Assembly: GCA_039024555.1 (NCBI GenBank)
Contig: JBCCQQ010000095.1
Coordinates: 1-17,216, forward strand
Direction: 5' to 3'
Length of the DNA: 17,216 nucleotides
Source of the DNA: Cyanobacteria bacterium P01_D01_bin.156
Lineage (GTDB): Bacteria; Cyanobacteriota; Cyanobacteriia; Phormidesmidales; Phormidesmidaceae
In this document: piece after piece, positions 15,172 to 17,216 of the stretch
How the letters are laid out: each line of letters starts with the position of its first letter
Position numbering within the stretch: position 1 is the first letter of the stretch
Position numbers and translations under genes: made by a program
Notes under the pieces: model-generated
What the model was told of the DNA's origin: nothing
What the model saw: only the letters and a program-made list of their open reading frames with translations
The model's database searches: none

Positions 15172-16845
15172 TTACTCGCCGCCATACTGGGCTTTGAGTT
15201 CAGCAACGCGATCGTCATCTAGCTTCTGGAACAGGGGGGCGGGGACCACAAACGGACGACCGGCAGCCAGGATGGTGAGGTCCGTGGCGTCGGCCATGGT
15301 GCTATTGCGTTCTTCATCGGTGAGCTGCAGGGCGTCGTACAGGGTTTCGGCAGAGTGGGGGATAAAGGGGGCGCTTGCGATCGCATACAGCCGAATCAAA
15401 TTAATGCAGGTGCGAATCACCACCGCAGCCTCTTCTTTGTCTGTCTTAAACAAGGACCAGGGAGCCCGCACATCAATGTACTGATTACCCGCTGTCCAAA
15501 GGGCATTGAGGGTTTCTGTTGCCCGACGGAATTCCTGCTGGCGCAGGTGGCCGCGCAGTTTTTCCACCAAGTCTTTACAGGTGGTCTCTAGCTCAGCTTC
15601 AGCATTGCCAGGGGTGCCGCCTTCGGGTGCCGCTAGACCAAATTTAGACTTCGTAAATTTCAGAATGCGGTTAACAAAGTTGCCGAGGTTATCAGCTAGC
15701 TCCTTATTGACTCGGTTCTGGAACTGTTCCCAGGTAAAGGCAGAATCCGAAGATTCAGGAGCACTAGCCATCAGCATGTAGCGCCAGTAGTCCGCCGGAG
15801 CAATTTCCAATGCCTGGTCCAGGAACACACCCCGTTTAGAGCTAGTGGAAAATTTGCCACCGTAATAATTCAGCCAGTTAAACCCTTTGATGTAGTCCGC
15901 CATCTTCCACGGCTCGCGACTGCCCAAAATTGTGGCGGGCCACATAATCGTATGGAAAGGCAGATTATCCTTCGCCATAAACTGGGTGTAGTGGACATCG
16001 TCCCCCTTCCACCAGCTTTCCCAATCGTTATTGGTACTGTCTCCCCAGGCTTTTGTCGCAGACACATAGCCAATGGGTGCATCAAACCAAACATAAAATA
16101 CCTTGCCCTCAAACCCATCGGCAGGCACCGAAACTCCCCAGCTCAAATCTCGGGTGATGCCTCGGCTTTGCAGACCTTCATCCAGCCATTTATTAGCAAT
16201 GGCGGTGGTAAGTTTGGGCCACTGGGTTTGGGCATCTACCCAGGTGCGTACTTCGTCGCTGAGCTTATCGAGTAACAAAAATAAATGCTTGGAACTGCGT
16301 ACTTCTAAATTCGTGCTGCCAGAAATCGTGGACCTAGGATCAATCAGATCGGTGGGGGACAGTACCTTAGTGCAGTTTTCACACTGATCGCCTCGCGCTT
16401 TTTCGTAGCCACAGTGGGGACAGGTGCCGGTGACATAGCGGTCGGGTAAAAAGCGTTCATCCTCTAAGGAATAGATTTGGCTAATTTCTCGTTCTTCAAT
16501 AAAGCCGTGCTCCGCCAGCTGATGGTAAAAATGCTGAGTTAGTTCGTGGTTTTCAGGAGCTGAGGTGCGGCCAAAGTAGTCAAAGGACAGGCCAAATCGG
16601 GCGTAGATATCCTTTTGCTTTTGGTACTGGCGGGTGCAAAATTCTGCTACATCTAGTTCTGCTTCTAGAGCTGCAATTTCTGCTGGGGTACCATGCTCAT
16701 CGGTGGCACATATGTAGAGAACTTCTTCACCTTCCTGACGAAGAAATCGGGCATACACATCGGCGGGCAACATCGACCCCACCAGGTTGCCCAAGTGCTT
16801 AATTCCATTGATGTAGGGAAGTGCGCTGGTGATCAGATATCGCAT
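15172..16845 (-). CDS. metG: Methionine--tRNA ligase (two-knuckle type, no C-terminal tRNA-binding appendix)
   Basis: ITSALPYING..HLGN (HIGH), TDEHG, CPHC...ARGDQCENC, ITRDLSWG, YVWFDAPIGY, KDN..FH and KFSTS (KMSKS). ATG 16845 (MRYLITS) is preferred over GTG 16890. Confidence 0.97.
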   Translation of the reverse strand: MRYLITSALPYINGIKHLGNLVGSMLPADVYARFLRQEGEEVLYICATDEHGTPAEIAALEAELDVAEFCTRQYQKQKDIYARFGLSFDYFGRTSAPENHELTQHFYHQLAEHGFIEEREISQIYSLEDERFLPDRYVTGTCPHCGYEKARGDQCENCTKVLSPTDLIDPRSTISGSTNLEVRSSKHLFLLLDKLSDEVRTWVDAQTQWPKLTTAIANKWLDEGLQSRGITRDLSWGVSVPADGFEGKVFYVWFDAPIGYVSATKAWGDSTNNDWESWWKGDDVHYTQFMAKDNLPFHTIMWPATILGSREPWKMADYIKGFNWLNYYGGKFSTSSKRGVFLDQALEIAPADYWRYMLMASAPESSDSAFTWEQFQNRVNKELADNLGNFVNRILKFTKSKFGLAAPEGGTPGNAEAELETTCKDLVEKLRGHLRQQEFRRATETLNALWTAGNQYIDVRAPWSLFKTDKEEAAVVIRTCINLIRLYAIASAPFIPHSAETLYDALQLTDEERNSTMADATDLTILAAGRPFVVPAPLFQKLDDDRVAELKAQYGGE

Positions 16846-16971
16846 TCTAGGTTTGCTTTGTCGTGTGCGAGGTCTATGTGCCTTATACACCCTAGCGGTT
16901 TAGCTGTTTTGGCTCAATAGTAGCGGGGTTTTGGTTTTTGGTTAGGTGTTTTTGGGGTATTGGTTTGGTGC

Positions 16972-17083
16972 AAAACCGGTTGCTTGGGGCTCCTCCGAGT
17001 TCCTTTCCGGAAGTATTTAGGTACTGAAAGGTATGCATACTGGGGTTTCCCCATGGGCAGGGCGGACTGCCGCCCTACAACCC
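16972..17083. repeat. Structured dispersed intergenic element, copy B (longer form)
   Basis: Homologous to 3823-3896, with 45 nt instead of 6 nt between the two conserved blocks. It contains the hairpin AGGGCGG-actg-CCGCCCT. Confidence 0.85.
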
Positions 17084-17216
17084 TGTCATGGGATTTGTCA
17101 ACAGAAGGTCGCAGCCGTCCGCGAAAGGATTGTGTGGCCTTCCCGTAGCTTGAATGATTGAGACTGATGTGAACAATGAAATAACGTCTTTGCAATACTG
17201 AGTATTGGGGTCGTTC

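Larger units (their letters stand above)
5359..15384. repeat. HIP1 octamers GCGATCGC (9 dispersed copies)
   Basis: Found by eye at 5359, 5865, 6093, 7533, 10434, 10689, 14319, 14799 and 15377. Less than one copy is expected by chance in 17 kb; HIP1 is a hallmark of cyanobacterial genomes. Confidence 0.92.

Noticed and set aside
10150..16920. Many short ORFs overlapping the ABC, cold-shock and metG genes
   Set aside because: They are antisense or alternate-frame overlaps of well-supported genes with no independent motifs.
17001..17030. CRISPR-repeat-like ending TGAAAG
   Set aside because: It is a single copy with no array periodicity.
16914..17195. ORFs 16914..17195 (-) and 16960..17148 (+)
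   Set aside because: They run through the dispersed repeat and a low-complexity tract, start at non-ATG codons and show no recognisable motifs.
16846..17216. T-box or SAM riboswitch upstream of metG
   Set aside because: I found no T-box AAGGTGGTACCGCG-like motif or SAM-I ATC.AGAG core on the minus strand, and the G-U pairing favours the plus strand.

Overview
This is cyanobacterial DNA: I counted nine HIP1 GCGATCGC sites, and the window holds a SigD-type sigma factor and cyanobacterial protein families. It opens with the left end of an IS4-family element, including the first 13 transposase codons on the minus strand. The IS sits inside the TIR domain of a TIR + 14xWD40 receptor-like gene. 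Next come a GXWXG/DUF4334 gene, small and membrane hypotheticals, an aldo/keto reductase plus peroxiredoxin-like pair, and sigD with a candidate RpaB (HLR1) site. A Trp/Tyr-type ABC transporter is split by a ~2.3 kb patchwork. That patchwork holds a cold-shock-domain fusion gene, an unknown gene, a PD-(D/E)XK-like gene, and two 5'-only gene stubs (Uma2 and OGFr-like) that the ORF track misses. The window ends with a two-knuckle metG that is unusual for cyanobacteria. Intergenic DNA carries GTAG-type REP-like repeats and two copies of a structured dispersed element (~3.8 kb and ~17.0 kb). All family assignments come from recalled motifs; no database search was run.
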